A stretch of DNA of 64,000 bases from Spirochaetia bacterium (GTDB lineage Bacteria > Spirochaetota > Spirochaetia > SZUA-6 > Bin103): NCBI GenBank assembly GCA_965203905.1, contig CBDBDQ010000005.1, forward strand, positions 5,280,001 through 5,344,000. The letters run 5' to 3'. Positions 1 to 10,534 of the stretch are shown in pieces (position 1 is the stretch's first letter; each line of letters begins with the position of its first letter). Under the pieces are notes generated by a model. It ran no database searches and was not told the DNA's origin. It saw nothing but the letters and a program-made list of their open reading frames with translations. The translations under genes were made by a program, and so were the position numbers.

Positions 1-1376
1 TGCTTGGGCCCTCTGCTACGGACTACGGAGACGTCACCCGTCTCTATTTCGACCTCGATGCCATAATCCGCCCAGTTGGCGGCCAGCAGTTGCGCAATGT
101 CAGGGAGTTGCCAGCGAGTGGAAGTGAGCATCTTGATTTGGAAGCCATTGGGGTAACCGGCATCCGCCAGCATCTGCTTCGCCTTCTCCGGGTCATACGT
201 ATACAACTCCTGGGCTGACGCGGGCAGGTCTTCTATTGGGACCCAGCCTTCCCAGCCTGTCCCCATCGGCCACATGTGATACACCGGGTCCTGTTCCATC
301 ACCATTTCACTTACGGCTGCCCGATTCGTGCCGATGAACAATGCACGCCTGACGTTGATGTCATCGAACGGCGGCTGGTCGAGCTTCAAGGCTACGGTAG
401 CTGCAAGACCCCATCGAAAGGAGTGTTTCATCAACTCGGGATTGGTTTTGTCCAACGAGGCCACGTGCGGCATATGCATCTGCAGGAAGGCATCAAGGGT
501 CGCGGTCCGCAGAGCGGCTACTACGGTGGCTTCGTCCTTGATCAGGGGTATGGTCATCTCGTCCAAGAACGGTGTGTCATATTCTTTGCCATCAATCGGC
601 GCTTTCTGCCAGTAATGAGGATTCTTGGCGTAGCCAATATGCGAACCCGGGACGTAATCCTTGATGTAGAATGGTCCGGTTCCGACCACGTTCTCCCACT
701 TGTCAGGACCGGCTTGTACGGTTTCGGGGGCGCACTGCTGACCGCCTCCACCCTGAAGGATTCCATCCCAATCGGCATGAAAATAATTGGTCTCGATTAC
801 GACCGTGTATTTGTCCTTGGCGTAGATGTGCTCCTCATACGGCTCCTTGACCCATTCAATACCTCGAAAATAGCTGCCCTGGGGCGCGTCTGGTGCCAAC
901 CGCCGGGTCAGGTTGAATACGTAATCTTCGGCAGTGTATTCTCGCCTTTCATCCATTACGGGATTTATGCTCAGACCCGACCAGTAAACACCCTTTCGGA
1001 AGTTGAATACTACCGCATCCGGGGTAATATCCCAAGATTCGACCAAGCCGCCTTTCTTGTACTTCAGAGGGAGTCCGTAGTCATTCGAAAACGTGAATTC
1101 GCCGGTGCCTCTTACCCCGTACTGGTACACGTCTCCCACGTGAATCTTCTCACAGACGTGGTTGATCCAATATACCACGGGTCCGCTTCCGTAGGCTCGG
1201 TCAGGATTTCCCAGTTTGTCCGTGGGAGCATTGATCACGGTAACCGAACCACCGTATTGGGGCTCTCCCGGCGCTGCGGCCGCTTCTACCTGTACTTCGC
1301 TTCCTCCAGTAGCATATAAGGGCAAGCTAACAAGCGCGAAACCTGCTACCAGCAAAGCCAACCATTTAGTCTTCAT
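1..1376 (-). CDS. ABC transporter family-5 solute-binding protein (partial, runs off window start)
   Basis: Not in the ORF track. N-terminus translated by hand from ATG 1376 (RBS AGGAGG): MKTKWLALLVAGFALVSLPLYATGGSEVQVEAAAAPGEPQYGGSVTV, a signal peptide plus PQYGG motif. Lies downstream of two permeases. Confidence 0.85.
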   Translation of the reverse strand, partial: MKTKWLALLVAGFALVSLPLYATGGSEVQVEAAAAPGEPQYGGSVTVINAPTDKLGNPDRAYGSGPVVYWINHVCEKIHVGDVYQYGVRGTGEFTFSNDYGLPLKYKKGGLVESWDITPDAVVFNFRKGVYWSGLSINPVMDERREYTAEDYVFNLTRRLAPDAPQGSYFRGIEWVKEPYEEHIYAKDKYTVVIETNYFHADWDGILQGGGGQQCAPETVQAGPDKWENVVGTGPFYIKDYVPGSHIGYAKNPHYWQKAPIDGKEYDTPFLDEMTIPLIKDEATVVAALRTATLDAFLQMHMPHVASLDKTNPELMKHSFRWGLAATVALKLDQPPFDDINVRRALFIGTNRAAVSEMVMEQDPVYHMWPMGTGWEGWVPIEDLPASAQELYTYDPEKAKQMLADAGYPNGFQIKMLTSTRWQLPDIAQLLAANWADYGIEVEIETGDVSVVRSRGPK

Positions 1377-1434
1377 TTCTTTCCTCCTGGTTGATCGATA
1401 AATGAAACCTTGTTGTCATTGTATCTTTATCATC

Positions 1435-2430
1435 CTATGGGCCTCCTTCAGCTAAAGATTGTCGCTCGTCGCGGCGCCATGCCCGGCCCTGGGCTCGCTT
1501 CTTTTTCAGAGCAGTCTTCCCTAGTTTCAGGCCATAGCGCCCGCCGCCGCTGCTCAACCTCGGATCCAATATGTCTCTGGCAGCATCGCCATACATGTTT
1601 ATCCCGTAGACCACGATCGCCAGGGCCAGTCCGGGCCATATCACCATCCATGGCGCCGACAGCATATAAGGCCGGGCCATGGAGCCAAGCATACCTCCCC
1701 AACTGGGTGTCGGCGGGGGTATGCCAAAGCCGAGAAAGCTCAAGCTTGCCTCCGTTACGATTACCGCCGGCACCCGCAGGCTGAAAAGGATAATTACGGG
1801 CGCCATGATATTGGGCAGGATATGTCGCGTAAGGATTCTGCTGGTGGGACAGCCGACAGCTGTCGCTGCCGCCACGTATACGTTGTTCTTGATGCCTATC
1901 ACGGCACTCCTTATGATCCTCGAGCTGGAAATACCGAATAGCACTCCCAGAGTGAGGATTACTGACCACATACCCGGTCCAATCATGGAGATTACGACCA
2001 TTAGCAGAACCAAGCCGGGCAAACACATGACGCCATCAACGAAGCGCTGCACAAGCAAGTCAAAGCGGCCACCGATATACGCGCTCAGGGTACCTATAAG
2101 GATGGCGATGAGCGTGCCAATCGCAGAACCGGCCAGACCGACGATCACCGAGACCCGAGCGCCGTAGATGACACGACTGAGCATGTCTCGCCCGAGCTGA
2201 TCGGTGCCCAGCCAGAACTGCGCGGACGGCGGTGCCAGGAAAAACCCCGTGTTGGCCTCGTTCATTCCAAAAGGAGCTAGGAAATCGGCAAAAATTCCGG
2301 TGAAGAGCAGCACCAGGCTGATGACCGCCCCGAAGGTGCCCAGCGGCTTCTCGGTGACCAGCCTGAGCACGAAGTCAACCGGCCTGGAGTGTCTCTTCTT
2401 GTTTGCCTGCACTGTCGCTCGTACTCTCAT
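1435..2430 (-). CDS. ABC permease, DppC/OppC-like
   Basis: LGTDQLGRDMLSRVIYGAR and EASLSFLGFGIPPPTPSWG motifs. Confidence 0.92.
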   Translation of the reverse strand: MRVRATVQANKKRHSRPVDFVLRLVTEKPLGTFGAVISLVLLFTGIFADFLAPFGMNEANTGFFLAPPSAQFWLGTDQLGRDMLSRVIYGARVSVIVGLAGSAIGTLIAILIGTLSAYIGGRFDLLVQRFVDGVMCLPGLVLLMVVISMIGPGMWSVILTLGVLFGISSSRIIRSAVIGIKNNVYVAAATAVGCPTSRILTRHILPNIMAPVIILFSLRVPAVIVTEASLSFLGFGIPPPTPSWGGMLGSMARPYMLSAPWMVIWPGLALAIVVYGINMYGDAARDILDPRLSSGGGRYGLKLGKTALKKKRAQGRAWRRDERQSLAEGGP

Positions 2431-3425
2431 TTTTTGGCTTCTTCATGAGTCCGGGGGTCCAGAAAGGTGTAGGTCAGGTCCACGACTATATTGATGAGCA
2501 CCAGTCCTACGCCAAAAAACAGCATGGCGCCGCTGAGCACGGGGTAGTCGCGCTGGCTGGTGGCATCCACTATCAGCGAGCCCATCCCGGGCAGCGCGAA
2601 TATGGTCTCTATGATAACCGTGCCCCCAATCATAACCGGCAACTGAAGTCCGATAATGGTAACCACTGGAATCAGCGCATTCTTGAGCGTGTGGCGGAGC
2701 ACCACCACCTTCTCCCTGAGCCCCTTTGCCCAGGCTGTCCTGACATAGTCCTGGCGCAACACTTCCAGCATCATGGTACGGGTCATGCGCATGGTCATGC
2801 CCGCCATTTCCATGCCCAGGACAGCAGCCGGGACGATGTACATTCTCAGATGACGTAGTGGATCCTCAAGAAACGAGACGAACATTATTGGTGGCATGTA
2901 GCCCCACCATATAGCGGGGAAGACCATCACCATCGTCGCTATCCAGAAACTGGGGACGGCGATAAAAATTATGGCAAAGCTACGGCCAATAAGGTCACCC
3001 CAGCTATCCTGCCGTAATGCTGAATATATCCCTATTGGCAATGCGATAATTTGGGCGATCAGGATGCCCATGAGACCAAGCTCAATGGTAACCGGCCACC
3101 TTCTCGCGATTTCTTCGACGACGGTGTAGGGTGACCAAAATGACTTCCCGAGGTCGCCTTGAAAGATGCCGCTGAATCTGCCATCGTCCTGGGGAAGAAT
3201 CCCGAACCAGCGTCCATATTGTTGCAGGATCGGGACATCCAGGCCGAGCATGTGCTCAATCTGATCTCGTGCCGAGTCGATGTCAACGCCCTGCAGGGCC
3301 AGCTCTACTGCCATCGCGTCTACGGCGTCGCCGGGAACCAGCCGTACCAACAGGAATACTATGAGGGTGACGAGAAAAAGGGTGGGTACGGCTAATAGTA
3401 GTCGTCTGATGATATAGGCACGCAT
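2427..3425 (-). CDS. ABC permease, DppB/OppB-like
   Basis: MRAYIIRRLL start, DYVRTAWAKGL EAA loop, LDPR near the C-terminus; 4-bp overlap with the next gene. Confidence 0.92.
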   Translation of the reverse strand: MRAYIIRRLLLAVPTLFLVTLIVFLLVRLVPGDAVDAMAVELALQGVDIDSARDQIEHMLGLDVPILQQYGRWFGILPQDDGRFSGIFQGDLGKSFWSPYTVVEEIARRWPVTIELGLMGILIAQIIALPIGIYSALRQDSWGDLIGRSFAIIFIAVPSFWIATMVMVFPAIWWGYMPPIMFVSFLEDPLRHLRMYIVPAAVLGMEMAGMTMRMTRTMMLEVLRQDYVRTAWAKGLREKVVVLRHTLKNALIPVVTIIGLQLPVMIGGTVIIETIFALPGMGSLIVDATSQRDYPVLSGAMLFFGVGLVLINIVVDLTYTFLDPRTHEEAKK

Positions 3426-3505
3426 GTTGTCAAAAGATCACGCTTGCAGGCCCAAGACTAGAGCATTTCACAGTAGCAGAACCATCGATTCAAACAGGCC
3501 CGCGA

Positions 3506-3538
3506 GAAAAACAGAGTGCTGACTGTTCTGTCAGCACT
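3506..3538 (-). terminator. Probable rho-independent terminator of the 3696-7937 operon
   Basis: Perfect 9-bp stem AGTGCTGAC-N6-GTCAGCACT (3515-3538), followed on the minus strand by CTGTTTTTC. Confidence 0.65.
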
Positions 3539-3695
3539 GCTGGCCGCAAGATGGCAGTCCAACGCGCGGCTAGAACCCGAGGATGCCCATAAACGCACAG
3601 TTTAGCATACGCGGAACCGCTGTCAACCGCGCGAATCCGACCCGGTGACCCGGTGCCGCCGGCGGCCCGCGCCCGTCGTCGCTGCCCGATTCCTA

Positions 3696-4808
3696 TCACC
3701 GTCGGTACGGATCTGCAGCGTCGCGCAGTCCGTCCCCGACGAAATTGAACGACAGTACCGTGAGGATCACGAACAGCCCCGGTATGAGGAGCCAGGGGGC
3801 CAGAGCGAGGGCGTGGACGTTCTGCGCCTCACTTAACAACACTCCCCAACTGACTACCGGTGGTCGCAATCCGAGCCCGAGAAAACTCAACGCCGTCTCC
3901 GCCAGGATCATCTCCGGCACCGCCAGGGTCAGCGCGACAATGATGTAGCTCAAGATGCCGGGGAGCAGGTGACGCGCGATGATCGCCGTGTCTTTGGCGC
4001 CGGCGATCCGGCCTGCCATGATATAGTCCTCCTTGCGCAAGGACAGGGACATGCCTCTGACCACGCGTGCGATCCGGGTCCAGCCGACCACCGAGAGAAC
4101 GATGGTGATACCGAAATAGACCCGCAGCGGCGGCCACCGGGGAGGTACCGCCGCCGCCAGCGCCATCCACAATGGGAGCGTTGGGACCGAGCGCATGAAC
4201 TCGATCAGGCGCTGGAGAAGATCGTCGATCCGCCCGCCGAAATACCCGGAGATACCGCCCACGGCCAGGCCGATGACGAAGCTGAGCAGCACGCCGACCA
4301 GACCGATCGAGAGGGAAATCCGGGAGCCATACACCACGCGGCTGAACATGTCCCGCCCGAGGCCGTCCGTGCCGAACAGGAATATGGTTCCGTCCCTGGT
4401 CCCGAACAGGCGCACGGCACTGTCGAACTGGCCCCACAGTTCATACTCCGAACCGCGTACGAAGAAGTACACGGGATGCTTCTTGCTGAGATCCGGCGTG
4501 TAGGTCTTTCTGAAGGTAACCGGATCCCGGGTGAGCTGTAGCCCATACACGAAAGGTCGCAGGTGGAATCCGTTCTCGTCGATGAAGCGGATCCGCTGGG
4601 GCGGTGCAGAAAGGTGATCGCGATGGCGTTCTGCTACCGTGTAAGGCGCAATGAACTCGGCGAAGATCGCCCCAAGGTAGAGAACGATAACAACCGTTCC
4701 GCCGACTTGGGCCAGCACGTGGCGGCGTAGCCGCAGCCACGTGAGTCGGAAATGCGAGGCCAGGTAATACTGCTCTGCGGCGGTGGTCTTTGGCCTAGCG
4801 CCGGACAT
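3696..4808 (-). CDS. ABC permease, DppC/OppC-like
   Basis: Start re-called at ATG 4808 (MSGARPKTT, TGATG coupling); FGTDGLGRDMFSR, ETALSFLGLG, GDGLRDAADP. Confidence 0.9.
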   Translation of the reverse strand: MSGARPKTTAAEQYYLASHFRLTWLRLRRHVLAQVGGTVVIVLYLGAIFAEFIAPYTVAERHRDHLSAPPQRIRFIDENGFHLRPFVYGLQLTRDPVTFRKTYTPDLSKKHPVYFFVRGSEYELWGQFDSAVRLFGTRDGTIFLFGTDGLGRDMFSRVVYGSRISLSIGLVGVLLSFVIGLAVGGISGYFGGRIDDLLQRLIEFMRSVPTLPLWMALAAAVPPRWPPLRVYFGITIVLSVVGWTRIARVVRGMSLSLRKEDYIMAGRIAGAKDTAIIARHLLPGILSYIIVALTLAVPEMILAETALSFLGLGLRPPVVSWGVLLSEAQNVHALALAPWLLIPGLFVILTVLSFNFVGDGLRDAADPYRR

Positions 4809-5806
4809 CAGTCGCCTTCCATCCGGATTCGAGGATCCAACAGTGCCAGCAATATGTCGGAGATAAAGGTGCCTACGATGGTGAGCACCGAGAGCAACAA
4901 TATGAAAGAACCGGCGAGAAACATGTCCTGACTGAGCAACGATCGCAACAGAATCGGACCGGTCGTCGGGAGGCTCAGCACGACCGCCACGATCGGCGCG
5001 CCGGAGATGACCATGGTGAGGCTCCAGCCCAACGTGCTGACGATCGGGTTCAATGCAATGCGCACCGGATACTTGAAGATGAGATTGCGTTCGCTCAGGC
5101 CCTTGGCGCGGGCGGTAACCACATACTGCTTGCCCAACTCGTCGAGCAGCATCGCCCTCGTGATGCGGATCTGTTCCGCGGTTCCCGCGGTTCCCAATAC
5201 GATTACCGGAATCCACAGGTGAGCAAGGAGGTCGCCAACTTTCGCGATGCTCCAGGGAGCCTCCAGGTATTGCGGCGAGAACAGCCCACCGACACTTGCT
5301 CCAAAATATCTGAAGCCGATAAACATCAGGATAAGTGCCAGCATGAAGTTCGGGGTCGCCAATCCGGCGTATCCGAGAGCCGTGAAGGCGAAGTCCCCGG
5401 GAGAGTATTGGTGCAGTGCCGAGTAGACCCCGAGGGGGATAGCCACCGCGTAGATGAACAGCGTTGTCATCATCGCCATGATGGTGGTGAGGGCGATTCG
5501 CTCTCCTATCAGCTCGTTCACGGGCCTGTTCCACTCCATCGAAAACCCGAGGTCACCGCGGCTGACGATGTTCCAGACCCATTTCAGGTATTGCGCAGGG
5601 AACGGCCGGTCGAGGCCGTACTGATGGCGCAGCGCTGCGACCTCCTCCGGAGACATGACGTCTTCTCCTCCTCCGGTGTCGCGTTGCGCCTGGATCGTCG
5701 TGATGAAGTCTCCCGGAGGCAGTTGAATCAGGACAAACGCCACGACCGAGACGAACACGAGAGTCGAGACCATGTAGATCAGCCGGCGCATGACGTAACG
5801 TAGCAT
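4808..5806 (-). CDS. ABC permease, DppB/OppB-like
   Basis: LIQLPPGD, YVVTARAKGL, LDPRIR. Confidence 0.92.
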   Translation of the reverse strand: MLRYVMRRLIYMVSTLVFVSVVAFVLIQLPPGDFITTIQAQRDTGGGEDVMSPEEVAALRHQYGLDRPFPAQYLKWVWNIVSRGDLGFSMEWNRPVNELIGERIALTTIMAMMTTLFIYAVAIPLGVYSALHQYSPGDFAFTALGYAGLATPNFMLALILMFIGFRYFGASVGGLFSPQYLEAPWSIAKVGDLLAHLWIPVIVLGTAGTAEQIRITRAMLLDELGKQYVVTARAKGLSERNLIFKYPVRIALNPIVSTLGWSLTMVISGAPIVAVVLSLPTTGPILLRSLLSQDMFLAGSFILLLSVLTIVGTFISDILLALLDPRIRMEGD

Positions 5807-5891
5807 CGACCTACCTGAACGCGTAAAAAGGTAGGGGGACCCCCGCAGCGCGGCAGGCCCCCCGGTTTGTCAGAGCCGGACTACCGGCCGA

Positions 5892-7937
5892 TCAATTCGC
5901 CCAGAACCATGTCTCGGGAGCCGTATTGTAGAACCACGCTCCTTCCGGCCAGTATGCATCGCGCTCGGGGACGTTCATCAAACCGTTTTTTACAATTACC
6001 GGCTGTGGAGCTCGTCCCCCAGCACCGATCTGATACAGATTATTGGTGTTGCGGGTCAGGATTTCCTTGCCCAGCCGTTCTGATTCTGCAGACAGGAGGG
6101 GTGTCACTTGCCACTGGTCGATCATGTTCTGCAGCTCTTTGATCTCCGCGGGCGGCTCTTCGCCACTTGCCCCACCGGTCGTTTTCCAAAGGAACCATGC
6201 CGGAGCCCAGTGCCTGTGTGGCTGCAGTTCGGCCATCGCGTGTGATACCCATCCGCGTGGGAAGTCACCTTCGTCATAGTGATGGCCACCCATCTCGAAC
6301 TCGTTGTTTATGTGCATCAGATAGTTGTTCTCCCTGGTGACCTCCTTGAGAATCATCTCGATGCCAATGTCTTCCAGGTACGTCTTCGTGAGCTCGGCGA
6401 TCGGCCACTTCGGCCCCTCCTGGCGGAAGTTTATGTAGAGAACACTCAGACGCTCCCCGTCGGGCCGCAGGCGCCAGTTCCGCTCTGCATCCCACTGCAA
6501 GCCCATCTCGTCCAGCAGCTCGTTGGCTCTGTCCGGGTCGTGCTCAGCCATGTGCTTCACCATCCAGTCTTCGACGTACGGGTTCAAAGATGGTGGCGGT
6601 GTGGCCTGGCCCTGATCCGCCTCGCCGTGGAATACCGCCTTGTTGATGTCGTCCCGGTCGATGGCAAGCGATACCGCTTGTTTGAAGCGAACATCGTTGA
6701 AAATCTCTCTGAGCACGGGATCCTGCGCCGTATGGTTGAAATGGAATACCATCTCCATCCGCGCGGAGTCCCAGAGATGCGCGCGATAATCACCGCGTTC
6801 CTCGTTCTCCTTGTACAGCGGCCAGTCCTGGAGCGTAAGCGCGAAGCTTGAAACGCTGGCTTCACCGGAAATTGTCTTCAATGCCACCACCTCCTGGCTC
6901 TCGACCAGCAGCAGGACGTTTCGGTCCAGGTAGGGGAGCTGCTGTCCTGCGGTATCGACTTTGAAGTAGTACGGATTGCGCTCGTAGAACTTGTTGCCCG
7001 CGTCATCTATGCGGGTCTGCACCCACGGCTCGTGCCAGGCGTAATTGACGTTCGGCGAGGCGTCCTGCTCGGGATTGAACTCAAACAGGAACAGCTTGCT
7101 CCAGTCCTCGAATCCGCGCTCCTTTGCCAGTTCGTTCGCCTTTGAGTTATGCGTGATGTGAAACTGCTTCAAGTAATGTGCCGGTGCCAGGATTGCACCG
7201 TTCTTCCTCCGCAGTCCGATCTGGTCCCCGAACCGGACCATCATGGTGGGATTCGGCGCGGCAAATCGAAACCGAACGGTATAGTCATCCAGCTTGTCGA
7301 CTACCATGACTTCGCCACCGGGTCTGAACTCCGCTCGAACCGTCGGGAAGAGGTCCTCGTTCAACATGATGTCTTGGTACCAGAACACGAAGTCATCCGC
7401 CGTCGTGGGCGCGCCGTCGCTCCACCTGAGCCCCTCTCGGAGATTGATGATCAGCGCTTTGAAGTCGTCCTGCCACTCGGAGCTTTGGGCGATGTTGGGA
7501 ACATCGTAGGTCTGCAGGTCAGGGGACGGCCCGAACAAGTTCTGCATCCGTGTCCACTGGAAATCCGCCGCCGACTCGAACGGAGCGGACATGAAACCGG
7601 TCCAGTCCCCGCCATAGGTGCCGATCCCGTGGAGCGGATCTATGACCACCGGCTCTGCCGGCACCCGCTCTTCGACTGGCGGGAGCTCCCCACTGGCCAC
7701 CCTCGCCGCGAGCGAGGGAGCTTCCGTGTAGGGCGGTAGAGTCCTGCCGGTGGTGCTCTCGAACTCGGTTCGAGTCCCATAAAAGACAAGCTGGCCGGGG
7801 ACGACGACCTCGGCCATCGTGGCTGCACCGGCAACATCAGGCGCCTCTTCGGCTGCCGCGCCGTACGCCGCAACCGATGCGAGCAGCACCAGGATCGTAG
7901 CGAGTCCTGGTACCGTATGTTGTTTGTTCACAACCAT
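5892..7937 (-). CDS. ABC family-5 solute-binding protein
   Basis: Signal peptide; LPPVEERVP, LRWSDGAP, ERNPYYFKVD, QLPYLD, AIDRD motifs. Confidence 0.92.
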   Translation of the reverse strand: MVVNKQHTVPGLATILVLLASVAAYGAAAEEAPDVAGAATMAEVVVPGQLVFYGTRTEFESTTGRTLPPYTEAPSLAARVASGELPPVEERVPAEPVVIDPLHGIGTYGGDWTGFMSAPFESAADFQWTRMQNLFGPSPDLQTYDVPNIAQSSEWQDDFKALIINLREGLRWSDGAPTTADDFVFWYQDIMLNEDLFPTVRAEFRPGGEVMVVDKLDDYTVRFRFAAPNPTMMVRFGDQIGLRRKNGAILAPAHYLKQFHITHNSKANELAKERGFEDWSKLFLFEFNPEQDASPNVNYAWHEPWVQTRIDDAGNKFYERNPYYFKVDTAGQQLPYLDRNVLLLVESQEVVALKTISGEASVSSFALTLQDWPLYKENEERGDYRAHLWDSARMEMVFHFNHTAQDPVLREIFNDVRFKQAVSLAIDRDDINKAVFHGEADQGQATPPPSLNPYVEDWMVKHMAEHDPDRANELLDEMGLQWDAERNWRLRPDGERLSVLYINFRQEGPKWPIAELTKTYLEDIGIEMILKEVTRENNYLMHINNEFEMGGHHYDEGDFPRGWVSHAMAELQPHRHWAPAWFLWKTTGGASGEEPPAEIKELQNMIDQWQVTPLLSAESERLGKEILTRNTNNLYQIGAGGRAPQPVIVKNGLMNVPERDAYWPEGAWFYNTAPETWFWAN

Positions 7938-8124
7938 ACTGTCCTCCTCACCTTGGATTGATTCAACTGTGCGGGTAACCGCTCAGCAACTCTCGGTGAA
8001 CGGGCGAGTAGCGGTTTATCAGGATGCGCCGGCTGCGTCACCGCTACCCGGTGGCGGCCCGGAGCGTGCTGTTACGCGTATCCGTCCCCGTAACCGCACA
8101 GGCTAACAATGCGCGGCAGCACCG

Positions 8125-8748
8125 TCAACAGAGCGTTGCCGTGCAGCGCTCCCTCCACAGCGTCTCTACCTGGTCGCGCAGGCGATCCAGGCTGCCGCTG
8201 TTGTCGATGACGACGTCGGCGTAGGGGAGCCGTTGCTCCGGCGTGAGCTGGGCCTCGATCACCGCCCGGATGGTGGCTTCGCTCATGCGGCCGCGGGCAC
8301 GCACCCGCTCGATCACCTGCGGCTCCGATGCCGTGACCACCCAGATCTGGTCGAACATCCGCGTCCACTCCGATTCGCTGCGGATCGCCTCGATCAGCAG
8401 CGGCACCTCGGCAACCACGACCTTCGTCCCTTGGCGCTGCAGGCCGGCAATCCGTTCGCTCAGCAGGCGGCGCACCAGCGGATGGACGATCGCATTCAGC
8501 TTGTTGCGGGCGTCTGCGTCGTGGAACACGATCGCGGCGAGCTTCTTGCGGGAGATGCTGCCGTCGTCGTGAAGGATGTTGCGGCCGAACGTGGTCACGA
8601 TCTGGTGCCAGCCCTCGGTTCCCGCCCGGTACACCTGGTGTGCGGCGGTGTCGGAATCGACGACGGCGGCACCCCGTTCCGCCAGCAGGCTCGCCACCAC
8701 CGATTTACCGCTGCCGATTCCCCCGGTGAGGCCGATTACCAGGCTCAC
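8125..8748 (-). CDS. coaE: Dephospho-CoA kinase
   Basis: IGLTGGIGSGKS P-loop, LNAIVHP, EVPLL, ADVVIDNSGS; start re-called at GTG 8748. Confidence 0.92.
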   Translation of the reverse strand: MSLVIGLTGGIGSGKSVVASLLAERGAAVVDSDTAAHQVYRAGTEGWHQIVTTFGRNILHDDGSISRKKLAAIVFHDADARNKLNAIVHPLVRRLLSERIAGLQRQGTKVVVAEVPLLIEAIRSESEWTRMFDQIWVVTASEPQVIERVRARGRMSEATIRAVIEAQLTPEQRLPYADVVIDNSGSLDRLRDQVETLWRERCTATLC

Positions 8749-8840
8749 GGCAGCGGCCACCGGGCGACAGGATGGATCGGCGGCTCCTCGCTCATGGGAT
8801 GGAATCGATGATGGGCGGAGTCGGAAACGGTATGCAAGGA

Positions 8841-8883
8841 CCGGCTCCAAACGTTGACACGCGGCGAGCCGGCAGCTTAGCGT
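8841..8883 (+). promoter_or_regulatory. Sigma70-like promoter of the mgs operon with a flanking inverted repeat
   Basis: TTGACA (8854-8859), 18 bp, TAGCGT (8878-8883); CCGGCTC...GAGCCGG inverted repeat brackets the -35. Confidence 0.45.
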
Positions 8884-8904
8884 GCCCTCGGCACGGATGG
8901 GCGT

Positions 8905-9807
8905 ATGTGCGGGATCGTTGGGCTGTATCTGAAAGACCGGCGCATGGAGCGCGAGATGGGCAGTCTGTTCGCCACCATGCTGGTGTGCATGAGCGACCGC
9001 GGGCGCGACAGCGCGGGGTTCGCCGTGTACGGCAACGAGCCGCCCGAGGGCTTCGTCAAGGTCACGGTGCGCCACTCGGGAGACGGCTACGACTGGCAGG
9101 CGCTGAGCGGGCAGCTCGGACGGCGCTTCTCGTGTGAGGCGCGGCTGCAGGTGAACGCAAACTACGCGGTGATCGCGGTACGGGCGGCCGCCGGCGAGCT
9201 GCGTCGCGCGCTGGCCGAGCTGGATCCCGGCCTGGCGGTGATGAGCATCGGCCGCAGCATCGAGATCTTCAAGGAGATCGGGTCGCCCGCTTCTATCGTC
9301 GAGCGCTTCTCCATCCACAAGCTGCGCGGCTCCCACGTCATCGGCCACACCCGGATGGCCACCGAGAGCGCGGTGACCACCGACGGCTCGCATCCCTTCT
9401 CCACCGGCATGGACCTGTGCCTGGTGCACAACGGGTCGCTCAGCAACCACAACCGGCTGCGCGCCCGCCTGCAGCGCCGCGGCATCGAGATCCGCACCGA
9501 GAACGACTCTGAGGTCGCGGCCGGTTACCTGATGTGGCGCCTGCAGCAGGGCGATTCCCTGTCCGCAGCGCTGCACGCCTCGCTCGAGGACCTGGACGGC
9601 TTCTACACCTTTGCCATCGGCACCTCCGGCGGTTTCGCGGTGCTGCGCGACCCGATCGCCTGCAAGCCCGCGGTGCTGGCGGAGACCGGCGACTACGTCG
9701 CCATGGCCAGCGAGTTCCAGGCGCTGGCGGCGCTGCCGGGGATCGATGCCGCCCGCGTCTGGGAGCCCAAGCCGGCACAGGTCTATACCTGGGACCGCGC
9801 CGCGTGA
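8905..9807 (+). CDS. mgsA: N-methylglutamate synthase subunit A (class II glutamine amidotransferase, GlxB)
   Basis: N-terminal MCGIVG, GHTRMATES, HNG, ENDSEV; operon context. Confidence 0.88.
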   Translation: MCGIVGLYLKDRRMEREMGSLFATMLVCMSDRGRDSAGFAVYGNEPPEGFVKVTVRHSGDGYDWQALSGQLGRRFSCEARLQVNANYAVIAVRAAAGELRRALAELDPGLAVMSIGRSIEIFKEIGSPASIVERFSIHKLRGSHVIGHTRMATESAVTTDGSHPFSTGMDLCLVHNGSLSNHNRLRARLQRRGIEIRTENDSEVAAGYLMWRLQQGDSLSAALHASLEDLDGFYTFAIGTSGGFAVLRDPIACKPAVLAETGDYVAMASEFQALAALPGIDAARVWEPKPAQVYTWDRAA

Positions 9808-10526
9808 GCGCCGGGGCTGCGACCGCCGGAGCCGCGACCGCCGAGGTGTTCGACCTGGCCACCGGCACCCTGCGCGAGCTCAACCAGCGGCTGCACGACC
9901 TGACCCCGGAGACGGCGCGCATCCCGTGGCGCATCCTGCACCCGCGCGGCGCGCACGCGGTTGCGGCCGGCGTCGACGCGGCGGTACGGATCGAGATCGA
10001 GGGGCACGTCGGCTACTACTGCGCCGGCATGAACCAGCAGGCGGAGATCACCGTCCACGGCATGGTCGGCGTCGGCGTGGCCGAGAACATGATGTCGGGC
10101 GTGGTGCGGGTCAAGGGCAACGCCAGCCAGTGCGCCGGAGCCACCGGGCACGGCGGCCTGCTGGTGATCGAGGGCGACGCCTCTAGCCGCTGCGGCATCT
10201 CCATGAAGGGCGTCGACATCGTGGTGCACGGCTCGGTCGGGCACATGAGCTGCTTCATGGGCCAGGCCGGCACCCTGGTGGTGTGCGGCGATGCCGACGA
10301 GGCGCTCGGCGACTCGCTCTACGAAGCGAACATCTTCGTGCGCGGCCGGGCGCAGGGGCTGGGCGCCGACTGCGAGGAACAGCCGCTGGAAGCGGCGCAC
10401 CGGGAGCTGCTGGGCGAGCTGCTGGAACGGGCGGCGGTGCGCGGCGCCCGGGTCGACCAGTTCCGCCGCTACGGCTCGGCGCGCCGGCTGTACCACTTCC
10501 ACGTGGACCACGCGGACCAGTACTGA
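9804..10526 (+). CDS. mgsB: N-methylglutamate synthase subunit B (GXGXG domain, GlxC)
   Basis: GYYCAGMN, AENMMSG, RCGISMKG; GTG start overlaps the mgsA stop. Confidence 0.88.
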   Translation: MSAGAATAGAATAEVFDLATGTLRELNQRLHDLTPETARIPWRILHPRGAHAVAAGVDAAVRIEIEGHVGYYCAGMNQQAEITVHGMVGVGVAENMMSGVVRVKGNASQCAGATGHGGLLVIEGDASSRCGISMKGVDIVVHGSVGHMSCFMGQAGTLVVCGDADEALGDSLYEANIFVRGRAQGLGADCEEQPLEAAHRELLGELLERAAVRGARVDQFRRYGSARRLYHFHVDHADQY

Positions 10527-10534
10527 GCGCCAGC

